IMG/VR virus record: IMGVR_UViG_3300037634_007228
Span: 19,138-83,137 of that record
Length of the DNA: 64,000 bases
Direction: 5' to 3' (one strand)
Origin: a virus
Lineage: Duplodnaviria; Caudoviricetes
Shown piece by piece: positions 38,624-47,704 of the stretch (the first letter of the stretch is position 1; the number at the start of each line of letters is the position of its first letter). Below the pieces are notes generated by a model. The model did no database searches. It saw nothing but the letters and a program-made list of their open reading frames with translations, and had not been told where the DNA came from. Made by a program: the position numbers and the translations under genes.

Positions 38624-38792
38624 TATCTTCTATGTTTATTTCAAAGGAGGGCGGGTTTTCAACACCAAGTTCCCCCTCATCTGTTGCATAAAAATCAAAC
38701 TCCTTGAGGAGAGATGTAATATCTGTTTGTTCTAATATGCCCTTTTGCAAAGCGAGCATCATCGCGCCCATCGCTTGATTTGATAGCTTCAT
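38613..38792 (-). CDS. Small hypothetical protein (59 aa, not in the ORF track)
   Basis: Hand translation MKLSNQAMGAMMLALQKGILEQTDITSLLKEFDFYATDEGELGVENPPSFEINIEDNDA*. ATGA-coupled to the upstream gene, GGAGG SD, fills the gap exactly. Confidence 0.7.
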   Translation of the reverse strand: MKLSNQAMGAMMLALQKGILEQTDITSLLKEFDFYATDEGELGVENPPSFEINIEDNDA

Positions 38793-39796
38793 TGTGTTTC
38801 CTCCACTTGTTGATTAATCCACTTATATGTTTTTTCCATTCCCTCTCGCAAAGGTTGAGAGTAATCCCAACCAAGTTTTTCCCGAACCAGCGTATTATCA
38901 CTATTTCTTCCGAGGACGCCGATCGGACAAGGGAAGCCGTATTTCTCTTTAAACTCGTCGCCGTCGATATTGTGTATTTTAGCAGTCTTGCCAGAGATAT
39001 CAAGTGCCATCTGGGCAAAAGAATTTATTGCAATCATCTCCTCGGAACCAATATTAACTGGACCTTCAAAGTCGGGGCTATCCATTAGGCGGCGGGTGGC
39101 TTCGATACACTCGTCAATATACAGAAATGAACGAGTTTGTTTACCGTTACCCCACACCTCGATCTCTCCATCATCTGACGCCAGCAAAGCCTTTCGACAA
39201 AATGCAGCAGGGGCTTTCTCTCTGCCGCCGTCCCACGTTCCCTCTGGACCAAAAATATTATGGTAGCGTGCTACTCGGACAGTCAAGCCATAATTTCTAG
39301 CAAAGGCAAACCACAGCCGCTCACTAAACAATTTCTCCCAGCCATATTCTGAATCGGGTTGGGCTGGATACGCAGAATCCTCTGTACAATTTGGATTGTC
39401 AGGGTCCATTTGATTATGTTTGGGGTACATACAAGCAGAAGATGAATAAAGCACGCGATTTACCCCCTTCTTGACGCACTGCTCGGCAATGTTGAGGTTA
39501 ATCATGGCAGAGTTGTGCATAATGTCAGCGTCATTTTCACCAGTAAAAACAAAACCTGCGCCGCCCATGTCAGCAGCAAACTGATAAATCTCGTCTAGAT
39601 CTTCTGTCACTACTTGGTCGCATACCCGTGGATCTCGGAGGTCGCCGACAATAAACTCATCTGCTACTCCATAGGCGTTGAAATATTCATGCTCTTTCAA
39701 ATCCACGCCTCGGACCCAGTGTCCTTCGCTTTTTAATCTTTTTATCATTGCGCCACCGATGAATCCACCGGCTCCACATACTAGTATTTTTTTCAT
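38789..39796 (-). CDS. GDP-mannose 3,5-epimerase-like extended SDR
   Basis: GAGGFIG, FAADMGGAGF, YSSSACMYP, YGWEK, RYHNIFGPEGTWDGGREKAPAAFCRK, WGNGKQTRSF. Confidence 0.85.
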   Translation of the reverse strand: MKKILVCGAGGFIGGAMIKRLKSEGHWVRGVDLKEHEYFNAYGVADEFIVGDLRDPRVCDQVVTEDLDEIYQFAADMGGAGFVFTGENDADIMHNSAMINLNIAEQCVKKGVNRVLYSSSACMYPKHNQMDPDNPNCTEDSAYPAQPDSEYGWEKLFSERLWFAFARNYGLTVRVARYHNIFGPEGTWDGGREKAPAAFCRKALLASDDGEIEVWGNGKQTRSFLYIDECIEATRRLMDSPDFEGPVNIGSEEMIAINSFAQMALDISGKTAKIHNIDGDEFKEKYGFPCPIGVLGRNSDNTLVREKLGWDYSQPLREGMEKTYKWINQQVEETQ

Positions 39797-40581
39797 AGTT
39801 TAAATTCCCTTGGTATAAAACACACTGGCGGTAAAAGCAATTTATGTCTACTGCCAGTATGTCTTTTTTCATAAATGTCTAATATCTCTTGTTGTCGAAA
39901 AGTCAACTGATCTTTATTATGCCCGACTTCATCATAATATTTAAGCGCCCATTCCAATTCTTTGTATGTCGCGCCGATCTGTTCTTCGTCAGATCGATTG
40001 TCACCCCACAAACCATCCGTTGGGGCGGCTTCTTGAATCGATTGAGGCACCCCCAAAAAGTTCGCCAAAGCATACACCTCTGTTTTTAACAAATCAGCTA
40101 TGGGGCTTATATCAACGCCACCGTCGCCATATTTAGTGAAAAACCCAATGCCGTAATCTTCGACCTTATTTCCAGTTCCGGCAACTAAATAATTTTTAGT
40201 GTTAGCAATCGAATAAAGAGTTACCATGCGAATTCGTGATGCAGAGTTTGCATAGCCAAGTAAACTTACATAATCGGGGGTTGCCGCGACAAATGAATTG
40301 AACACATCGCTTAAATCAATTATTTCTGATTCCACATTATCAAAATTGTTTTTAAGCCAGTTGGCTTGTTCGTTTGATCGATTATATTGCCCGACCTCTT
40401 GATTAATTGGCATATTTAAAGCAATAACGGGCATTCGGGTTCTCGCCGCCAAAGTAGAAGTCACAGCAGAATCAATACCCCCCGAAATGCCAACAACGAA
40501 GCCATCACACTGTGCCGCCTGAACTGTTTCTAACAACCACCCAACAATATAATCAACCACTTTCATGCTTTCACCAAACAA
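39793..40581 (-). CDS. nadE: NH3-dependent NAD+ synthetase
   Basis: VGISGGIDSAV, SRIRMVTLY, GTGNKVE, FFTKYGDGGVDISPIADLLKTEV, APTDGLW...SDEEQIG. Confidence 0.93.
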   Translation of the reverse strand: MFGESMKVVDYIVGWLLETVQAAQCDGFVVGISGGIDSAVTSTLAARTRMPVIALNMPINQEVGQYNRSNEQANWLKNNFDNVESEIIDLSDVFNSFVAATPDYVSLLGYANSASRIRMVTLYSIANTKNYLVAGTGNKVEDYGIGFFTKYGDGGVDISPIADLLKTEVYALANFLGVPQSIQEAAPTDGLWGDNRSDEEQIGATYKELEWALKYYDEVGHNKDQLTFRQQEILDIYEKRHTGSRHKLLLPPVCFIPREFKL

Positions 40582-41521
40582 AATTTTCCTTGTAAAACTT
40601 TACTATTTCTCCAAGATCATCATCAAACTTCCGATGTGGTTTCCAGCCCAAACTTCTTAACTTAGAATCATCCAGCGCATATCTAACATCTTGTCCTTGG
40701 CGAACAACAGAAAAATCTATAAGTTGTTTCCAGTTATCATCGCTTCCAAAATACAACTTAATAATTTTGTGAACCGTTTCAACATTCTTTTGTTCGAAGC
40801 CGCCAGACACATTATAAATCTCATTGACGTTGCCCGAATCAATAATTGTCATCACTGCTTCCGCAGTATCGTCTGCGTGCAACCAATTTCGAATAGGCTC
40901 GCCTCGATTATGTAAGCGTATTTTTACGCCGCGATTTAAATTCTTAATAGCCAGCGGTACAAGCTTTTCAGGATATTGTCCAATCCCGTAGTTGTTGGTG
41001 GGTCGCAAAATAATGTACTCCACATCATAGGTTCTGCTCCACGCCAACACAAACATATCAGCGGCGGCTTTGGCGGCTGAATAGGGGTTGCTCGGCTTCA
41101 GAAGATCCTGTTCTGTGTGTGCATTTTCCTCGATGTCTCCGTATACCTCGTCTGTGCTAAAATGAAAAAAGATGGGTCTTTTAGTAATATTGGTCGGTTT
41201 GTATCTAATGAGTTCTAATAGGTTTTTTACACCAACAATATTACTGTTTACAAATACATCGCTTTGAATGATGCTATTTCCCACATGCGATTCCGCAGCC
41301 ATGTTTATAACATAATCACAATCATACAAATGTTTTAAATCTTTAATGTCCGCAGCTTCGAAAGAAAAGTTTTCAAAATTTTCGAATTCCTTAAGTAAAT
41401 GTAAGTTAGCAACGTATGTGCATTTATCAACACCACGAACGCGCCATCCCCTTTGCAGACATTTTCTAGTAACATAAGAACCCATGAATCCAAGACAACC
41501 CGTTATATAGACAATTTTCAT
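40571..41521 (-). CDS. rmlB: dTDP-glucose 4,6-dehydratase
   Basis: TGCLGFMGS, AAESHV, STDEVYG, PSNPYSAAKAA, NNYG..QYPEKL, RQGQDVRYALD. Confidence 0.88.
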   Translation of the reverse strand: MKIVYITGCLGFMGSYVTRKCLQRGWRVRGVDKCTYVANLHLLKEFENFENFSFEAADIKDLKHLYDCDYVINMAAESHVGNSIIQSDVFVNSNIVGVKNLLELIRYKPTNITKRPIFFHFSTDEVYGDIEENAHTEQDLLKPSNPYSAAKAAADMFVLAWSRTYDVEYIILRPTNNYGIGQYPEKLVPLAIKNLNRGVKIRLHNRGEPIRNWLHADDTAEAVMTIIDSGNVNEIYNVSGGFEQKNVETVHKIIKLYFGSDDNWKQLIDFSVVRQGQDVRYALDDSKLRSLGWKPHRKFDDDLGEIVKFYKENFVW

Positions 41522-42378
41522 TTTTTTAAAACCTCATAAACATTTTTAATGCCCGTCTGCACCCCACAGAAATCCAAACTGAGCTTGGCTAATTTTTGAT
41601 GACAACCCGTAACAGGGAGTGCATGACCAGTATTCTGCACAAGAATCTGAGAACTTTTATTTGACAAGTCGTTGATCATCTGGGCTACGTCCAACAACGT
41701 CAGCTTGTGTTCATGACACATATTATAATCCTTGTTGCCAAATTTTTTATAGTTTCTCAAAGCGTGTGAAACAACCTTTAAAATATCATAGGAGTACATA
41801 AAGTCCATATATCGGTTTTGAAAAATGACCAGCGGTTCGCCTTTTAAATATTTCAATATATTCCCTTTCACCATTCGATCATCTGCTTCGTTTTCGCTGA
41901 AACAAATAAAGATCCGCAAATTCAAAAAATTTGAATAACGCTGCAATCCAGAGCGGCAAATGATATTTTTAGCCAGCCCATAAAAATCCTTTGGAAGACG
42001 ACGGAAAACGTCGCTCTCCTTCAGAAAATGAATTTCTTTGGTGCGGTCATAAGAAGACGAACTGTCGAAATTAACAAAAAGCTTTAATGTGTCAATGTGA
42101 GGTGACAAATGATGCCACATCAAAAGATTCTCATAAAAATCTTCATAAGTGTCGATATGTGTTCTCCTGCCAACTTTGATTGCGGTATGTAAAACAAACT
42201 CTACTTTCTCGCTTTTAAAAAAATTATCCACATCGGATTGATTGGTCAAGTCAAGTTCTTCTCTTCCCAAATAAAATATTTTTTGTCCGAGCAAACTATT
42301 TCCAAAATACGCTTGCATATCCCTCGATAAACTACCATTTTTTCCTGTAACCAAAATGCTCATCTCATTTTGTTCCAT
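41518..42378 (-). CDS. NAD-dependent epimerase/dehydratase family protein (divergent SDR)
   Basis: ILVTGKNGSL (degenerate Rossmann motif), YGLAK catalytic YxxxK, LRIF, RYMDFMY. Confidence 0.7.
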   Translation of the reverse strand: MEQNEMSILVTGKNGSLSRDMQAYFGNSLLGQKIFYLGREELDLTNQSDVDNFFKSEKVEFVLHTAIKVGRRTHIDTYEDFYENLLMWHHLSPHIDTLKLFVNFDSSSSYDRTKEIHFLKESDVFRRLPKDFYGLAKNIICRSGLQRYSNFLNLRIFICFSENEADDRMVKGNILKYLKGEPLVIFQNRYMDFMYSYDILKVVSHALRNYKKFGNKDYNMCHEHKLTLLDVAQMINDLSNKSSQILVQNTGHALPVTGCHQKLAKLSLDFCGVQTGIKNVYEVLKK

Positions 42379-42788
42379 GCAAGCGGGTAATCTGTGCAGA
42401 TCCCCGCAGCGTTTTTTGATATTTGAAATGGCTTACCACACTCTACAACAATCCCATTTTCCACAATCACGCCCGCATGACACCAAACAACTCCTTTGCT
42501 AGTAAGAGTAATTTTGTCTTCTTGGTGCCAAAACCAATTAAAGGCGGTTCGACTCATTTCTTCTACTGCTTCTAAATTTTTACAATGAACCCACATCTTT
42601 TCATTAAAAAAATTATCATCAACAAAATAAGTTGGTTTATCATGTCCTAAAAAATATTTATCGTCAACGCGCCACACGTCTATTTCTACTTCAAACCCCC
42701 GTCTTAAAGCCTCTCCAATATATAAAGGATGGTTCTCTTTTTCTGGAAGGGCACCACATAAGTTCCCACGATGTGAAATAATTTTCAT
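42360..42788 (-). CDS. GDPD/PLC-like phosphodiesterase-family protein
   Basis: MKIISHRGN...ENHP...FEVEIDVW...LGHD...WVHCKN...GICTDY. Probable start at 42788. Confidence 0.72.
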   Translation of the reverse strand: MKIISHRGNLCGALPEKENHPLYIGEALRRGFEVEIDVWRVDDKYFLGHDKPTYFVDDNFFNEKMWVHCKNLEAVEEMSRTAFNWFWHQEDKITLTSKGVVWCHAGVIVENGIVVECGKPFQISKNAAGICTDYPLAWNKMR

Positions 42789-43498
42789 TAATTCAACTCC
42801 TCCAGCCAACTTGTTGTCAGTGTCGCTGCGTTGTCGGTAGCGATTTTTATATCATTCTTTAATAACAACTCTCTTATAAAAAATGCAGCAAAAACATCAC
42901 CTGACCCGTTAACATTTACATTATCCAAAGTATTCACAGATGCCGAATGAATAGTTTCCCCATTTATTATGCATTCGCAACCCCTTGCATCATGAAAAAC
43001 AATTGGGGTGTCGATAATAATGTTTTTATACAAATATTTGCGCTCCCTAGAATCAAACACCAGCGTACTCTGTTTCATAATATTTTTGTATAATTCTCGA
43101 TCAGAAGTTGTACAAAAATCCAGACTTATCTTAGTCTTAAAAAACTCTTTTGTTAATAAATTGGGTGGAATATCATCAACATATGCAATATGAAGCCAAT
43201 CATGTTTATCAAAGTCTACTTTTATGGGCGGTGGCACACCCACATCAACAGTGAAAGACGAACGCCGGGAGGGGATAATCTCGGAAATAATAGTGGCTTC
43301 TTTAATACCTTGTTCATAACAACAAAATTCGAATCCGGTAACTCCAGAGTTAACAATATTATAAAAACCCCCAAGGGTGCTTCTTTTCTTTTTTACAGGA
43401 GTGGTTTCACCTAAAAAAATCGCATCTACATACAAAATAGTATCTATGTATTTTTTGCCTATTAAGCCCATTCTAATTGTGGAAATGTTTTCTGGCAT
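42788..43498 (-). CDS. PfkB/ribokinase-family carbohydrate kinase-like protein
   Basis: GGFYN near the N-terminus, HIAYVD, and C-terminal NVNGSGDVFAAFF (anion-hole GxGD motif). Confidence 0.68.
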   Translation of the reverse strand: MPENISTIRMGLIGKKYIDTILYVDAIFLGETTPVKKKRSTLGGFYNIVNSGVTGFEFCCYEQGIKEATIISEIIPSRRSSFTVDVGVPPPIKVDFDKHDWLHIAYVDDIPPNLLTKEFFKTKISLDFCTTSDRELYKNIMKQSTLVFDSRERKYLYKNIIIDTPIVFHDARGCECIINGETIHSASVNTLDNVNVNGSGDVFAAFFIRELLLKNDIKIATDNAATLTTSWLEELN

Positions 43499-43504
43499 CT
43501 GACC

Positions 43505-43828
43505 TTATGATGCTCCATGTTTATCATTTGGATCAGAAGAATCCCGCACTACGATTAATTCAGTATCCTCTAAAAATTGCGCCTCAGACACAACATATGG
43601 CTCAAAAACAAAAATATCCCCTTCAGACAAGTGCCGCTTATTAACAATCATTGCGCCGCGAATAATAACATTAATCTCGGTACTATTTTTGTGATAATGG
43701 TTATAAGTTTCATCATCCTTAGAATGACAATGATAACCAACTTCGAATTGGGGGGTTCGCAATACAGAAGGCACGAAAGCCCCCACAAACCACCCACCTT
43801 TCATGTCTTCAAACTTGTATACCTTCAT
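43505..43828 (-). CDS. Cupin-fold protein
   Basis: GGWFVGAF, HYHK..TEINVIIRG, GDIFVFEP. Probable start at 43828. Confidence 0.7.
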   Translation of the reverse strand: MKVYKFEDMKGGWFVGAFVPSVLRTPQFEVGYHCHSKDDETYNHYHKNSTEINVIIRGAMIVNKRHLSEGDIFVFEPYVVSEAQFLEDTELIVVRDSSDPNDKHGAS

Positions 43829-44987
43829 TTTCCAACCCCTGAATCCGAACCTGATGACGACCACCATCAAATGTATTATTTAACAAAATTTCAACCACTT
43901 GTTGCACCAACGAAGATTCCATATACAAGCGCTGTGGAAAACTGAAAAAGTTTGCACAATTATGACGGACTGCCATTTCGGCAGAAGACGCATCATAAAT
44001 CAACGCCGAGCGGATACCGATAAATTTATTAGCACACATGTTTACACCCTGACCTGACCGGCAAAAGCCAAAAATAAAATCACACACGCCATCACGTTTT
44101 GCCGTGACCGCCTGTTCAATAAAATACTTATAATCACAATCACTAGACAATGCAGTTCCATAGTCTATAAAATCAACTTCTCTTTTTTGTAATTCCCTTT
44201 TAAACAGTTCTTTGACTAGATAGCCCGAATGATCCGCACAGAGCGCAATAGGCTTTTGACCCATTTTTTTAATAACGTTGTTTTTATAAAATTCAAATTC
44301 TTGGGGAGTTCCAAAAATGTGCATTTTTTCTACAGGTAGTGTTTTAACGAGCATATTTTTTTCAATCAAAAGATTATATAAAGGAGAAACATAAAATTCG
44401 TTGTTCGTGCGTAAATTTCGTTTAATCATTTCCTCGGCATTTCGACAAAACAAGGAACCACTTTTAAAATAATAAATACCCACACACGCCTGTTTACTAA
44501 TCACCTTCTTTTCCGCAGTCTGACACACGAAGCCCCGCGCATCAACTTGAGCATAACTATAATTGGACGAATTGGATTTGAAAGTTAAAAGAAGTCCATC
44601 AATATTCATTTCATGAATTGCTTGAGGCTCAACTCTTGGAAAAAATTCAATATCTAAAGTATGAATAAAAAGCGGCAGTTCATTGTCGATAAATTCTTGT
44701 GCCAACAAACAACTACACACAGAACCCTCTGTTAAGCCATCTGTAACCACAATCTGAACTTCTTCTCCATATTTGGATTTCAATATCTTATCAATATTAT
44801 AATTGGATACTTGATCATCGCGAACCACAAAAATCAAATTACAATCATCAACATTAAAACAGTCCAAAGAAACGTCTAGCAATTGTTTCCTATCCACATA
44901 TAGAAACTGTTTGGGCACTTTGTACCCTGCCTTAACAAAGCGCATCCCTGCGCCAGCCATTGGGATTAATAAATTATATTTTTTCAT
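43809..44987 (-). CDS. Sugar-phosphate nucleotidyltransferase fused to ribose-5-phosphate isomerase B (RpiB/LacAB) domain
   Basis: N-terminal LIPMAGAGMRF...PKQ, EKKVIS..ACVGIYYF, EFYVSPLYN. C-terminal IALCADHSGY..KE, DYG, FCRSGQGVNMCANK..GIRSA, VRHNCAN, FDGGRH..RI. Confidence 0.87.
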   Translation of the reverse strand: MKKYNLLIPMAGAGMRFVKAGYKVPKQFLYVDRKQLLDVSLDCFNVDDCNLIFVVRDDQVSNYNIDKILKSKYGEEVQIVVTDGLTEGSVCSCLLAQEFIDNELPLFIHTLDIEFFPRVEPQAIHEMNIDGLLLTFKSNSSNYSYAQVDARGFVCQTAEKKVISKQACVGIYYFKSGSLFCRNAEEMIKRNLRTNNEFYVSPLYNLLIEKNMLVKTLPVEKMHIFGTPQEFEFYKNNVIKKMGQKPIALCADHSGYLVKELFKRELQKREVDFIDYGTALSSDCDYKYFIEQAVTAKRDGVCDFIFGFCRSGQGVNMCANKFIGIRSALIYDASSAEMAVRHNCANFFSFPQRLYMESSLVQQVVEILLNNTFDGGRHQVRIQGLENEGIQV

Positions 44988-44996
44988 TTCCCTTCT

Positions 44997-45695
44997 CTAA
45001 GCCTTACGAAACGGCATAATAGTAGTTGCCAAATTTTGCGCCGATGTAACATATGGTTCATCGGGTATTAAATTGTATCGCTCGGCAGTCTGTCGGATAG
45101 AGGGGTAATGAATTTCAAGCCCCCAATCGTGAACAGCAATACGATCACCCTTCCTCATGAGAGGCGCATATATATTAAATTCTTGAATTTTGTTTCCCCC
45201 ATCGCAAAAAATAAAAGTGTCTCCCAACTCTGCCATATTTTCTTTAACATGTTCTTGTGTTACAGTTGAAAAAATGTCTTGATGATAATAATTGATATGT
45301 GGAGAAATTTCCGCCAATTTAGAAAACCAATGACCGCAACCTTCATGAACCCTCACGTTCCAGACCTCATCGGGAAACAACTCAAAAGTATCAAAAAAAA
45401 GTGATTCAGTGATGCCTGCCAAATTTGCAAAATAAGTGCTTAAAGCCCCTTTCTGGCTACCAAATTCAATCAAATATTTGAATCGATGGGCTTCAAAATA
45501 ATACTCCATAAAATAAATGGCGGCATAATTCTGGGACATGCCTCCTCCCATAAATCTTCGATTAATAATCTTCAAATCATCAAGTTTCATAAAAGTTTTT
45601 TGAAATTGCTGACGAGGGAAAACAGTATATAAGTTCTTTTCTATTCCGGGGTGACTGCCGTGTTCAGTGTTTAACAAGTTTTTATTGTATTTCAT
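44997..45695 (-). CDS. Class I SAM-dependent methyltransferase (CmcI-like)
   Basis: LIEFGSQKGALS, IFCDGGNK, IAVHDW. Confidence 0.68.
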   Translation of the reverse strand: MKYNKNLLNTEHGSHPGIEKNLYTVFPRQQFQKTFMKLDDLKIINRRFMGGGMSQNYAAIYFMEYYFEAHRFKYLIEFGSQKGALSTYFANLAGITESLFFDTFELFPDEVWNVRVHEGCGHWFSKLAEISPHINYYHQDIFSTVTQEHVKENMAELGDTFIFCDGGNKIQEFNIYAPLMRKGDRIAVHDWGLEIHYPSIRQTAERYNLIPDEPYVTSAQNLATTIMPFRKA

Positions 45696-45706
45696 TTTTC
45701 CTTCTT

Positions 45707-46231
45707 TTAAAATATTTCTTTCTTATCGAGCTTTTCGATCTGCCGTATCGTTGAATCTGGTATCATTTTTCGTTCTAATAATAGGTCTACCAATCTTGCC
45801 ACCACATTTTGACCGCCAGATCGATCAATAACATTAGATGGTCCACAACATTCTTTGATTTTATTAGGAGAGTCATCTGGACAAAAGGGGTGACCCACCG
45901 CCTCCATGATACTCAGGTCAAACAAGTCATCTCCGACATACAACATTTCTGAAGGCTGGGGACCATAAAACTTACTAAAATGTTCTATAAACGATGCCTT
46001 GTCTTTTCCGCGAGCATAATAAAAATCGATATTTCTATTTTTTGCCATTGTCTCGTTTATTCTCTTATCGCCAGACAAAAAACACACATTAACTCCGCTG
46101 GCGCGGAGGTGCTTTATCGCGGTAAAATCCTTATCACAATAAGTCTTAGAAATTACCGATCCGTCCAGACCATAGGTCTTTTTTCCGTCTGTCATAACTC
46201 CATCAATATCCAAAATTGCTAATTTCAACAT
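45707..46231 (-). CDS. kdsC: KdsC/YrbI-family HAD phosphatase
   Basis: ILDIDGVMTDG, KD..AI..LR..G, LSG, YVGDDLFDL, HPFCPDD, GGQNVV. Confidence 0.82.
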   Translation of the reverse strand: MLKLAILDIDGVMTDGKKTYGLDGSVISKTYCDKDFTAIKHLRASGVNVCFLSGDKRINETMAKNRNIDFYYARGKDKASFIEHFSKFYGPQPSEMLYVGDDLFDLSIMEAVGHPFCPDDSPNKIKECCGPSNVIDRSGGQNVVARLVDLLLERKMIPDSTIRQIEKLDKKEIF

Positions 46232-46932
46232 TTATTTAAACCCTTACGTTCAAAAAATATTTCTCCTTCTGGCAACGGCGAAATCGGAAAAGTAGAAAAT
46301 TCGATAGGGCAAAAACCAAGCTCGTCCATTTCTTGAAGAACTTGTTCCACCGTGTCGGCGGCGACGTAAAAAGGCTTGTCGTGGTCTAGACCCACCTCCA
46401 TTTCAATATATTGGGTGTTTTCAAGATATTTCCCCATGCTCTTAATAACACTTAAATCAGCGCCTTGGCAATCTGTCTTTAAATAATAGATTTCCTTCTG
46501 TGCAAGTTCTTTCAAAATGGAATCCAAACGCCTTTGTTCAACATTTATTATATCGGTAACTGTTCTTTTTGACGAAAGATACATAGTGTTTAATAATTCT
46601 CTGCTGGGTGTCAATAATGAATTGCATCCCGGCTCGTTCAGTGTATAAAGTTTAGTCTTTTTGTGGTCTTCTAATCCGACTGCACATTTAAAATAAGAAT
46701 CATAACAGCCATTGTTTTGCCGGTCGTTATAATCTATAGGATCGATGCCAATTTTATAAATCATCCTAGTTCGGTTTAATCCGATAATTTTATTAACACT
46801 CTGCTGCCACCAACCTTGTTTACACCCGACATCAATGGTGGTGCTGGTAGCACACATCTTTTCGAACACCCCCCTTTTCAAAGGAGACCAGCCGTCGCCC
46901 TTAAATTCAACTTTCAAAAGCTCAGTCAGCAT
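46225..46932 (-). CDS. FkbM-family methyltransferase
   Basis: IDVGCKQG, GIDP, AVG, QRRLDSI, YLKTDCQGADLSVIKS. Probable start at 46932 after AAGGAG. Confidence 0.8.
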   Translation of the reverse strand: MLTELLKVEFKGDGWSPLKRGVFEKMCATSTTIDVGCKQGWWQQSVNKIIGLNRTRMIYKIGIDPIDYNDRQNNGCYDSYFKCAVGLEDHKKTKLYTLNEPGCNSLLTPSRELLNTMYLSSKRTVTDIINVEQRRLDSILKELAQKEIYYLKTDCQGADLSVIKSMGKYLENTQYIEMEVGLDHDKPFYVAADTVEQVLQEMDELGFCPIEFSTFPISPLPEGEIFFERKGLNKC

Positions 46933-47704
46933 AATATTCTCCTTCTTTTTCATAACAATACCAATACCCACTATTTTGTTTCGCCCACCACATTTCTATT
47001 CTAGGCAAAGGCAAAAAAATGCTGTCCCGGCGAGGCGAATAAAAATCCATAGCTTCTTCATACTTTGGAGAATCATCAAGCAAATATTCTCCCTCATTTA
47101 AGAGAAACCTCTCTACTTCGGGATAAAATTGTTTGTAATAATTTATGCCCAAATAAATATTTGGTCGTAGACGCTCAGTAAACTTAATTGGGGCGTCTCT
47201 CCAAGTCCATGCAGGAGCATCCCACAATGGAATTCCAAATAATCTCTCTAAATCTTGCTTGTAGCCCAAAAAAAAATGATCCTGTGGATGAAAGGGGAAT
47301 CTTTTGTTGTTGCCAATGAGAAAAATTTTACTCCTTTGCTTTTCTCCGTCTGTATACCTGAGTGTGTCCCCAAATTGGCGCTCACTGAAGTGCTTCATCC
47401 ATTTATGAAGGCTCGCTTCATACAGGTGTTGATCACTTCTGGTCTTCATGATCAAGCCGTTATCGCAAATTTTGATCCCTTCACGAGAAGAGATAATTTG
47501 CAAATTCATATTACCGGGACCATTATTTTCTGGCATCTCACTTTTTAAAACGACGATTTTATCACTTTTAATATCATTTTGAAAAATCTTCTCTCCCTCC
47601 CACGTTGAAATGATTACTTTGGTAATGAAATCTATTTTGGCATATTCATAAGCCGTTGCAAGTGTAAAATCGCCGTATAAGCCGCCCTGAATCAAAATAT
47701 TCAT
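46922..47704 (-). CDS. wavE: WavE-like LPS-synthesis family protein
   Basis: NILIQG, IISTWE, N.N.QI.SS..G, MKTRSD, FHPQDHFFLG...DL..LF.IP. Confidence 0.68.
   Translation of the reverse strand: MNILIQGGLYGDFTLATAYEYAKIDFITKVIISTWEGEKIFQNDIKSDKIVVLKSEMPENNGPGNMNLQIISSREGIKICDNGLIMKTRSDQHLYEASLHKWMKHFSERQFGDTLRYTDGEKQRSKIFLIGNNKRFPFHPQDHFFLGYKQDLERLFGIPLWDAPAWTWRDAPIKFTERLRPNIYLGINYYKQFYPEVERFLLNEGEYLLDDSPKYEEAMDFYSPRRDSIFLPLPRIEMWWAKQNSGYWYCYEKEGEYYAD

Noticed and set aside
38461-47276. A8-A9 homopolymer runs (e.g. 38461, ~45393, ~47267) as phase-variation switches
   Set aside because: All are in frame, encode Phe/Lys runs and are expected in AT-rich DNA. No poly-G/C contingency tract was seen inside the GT genes.
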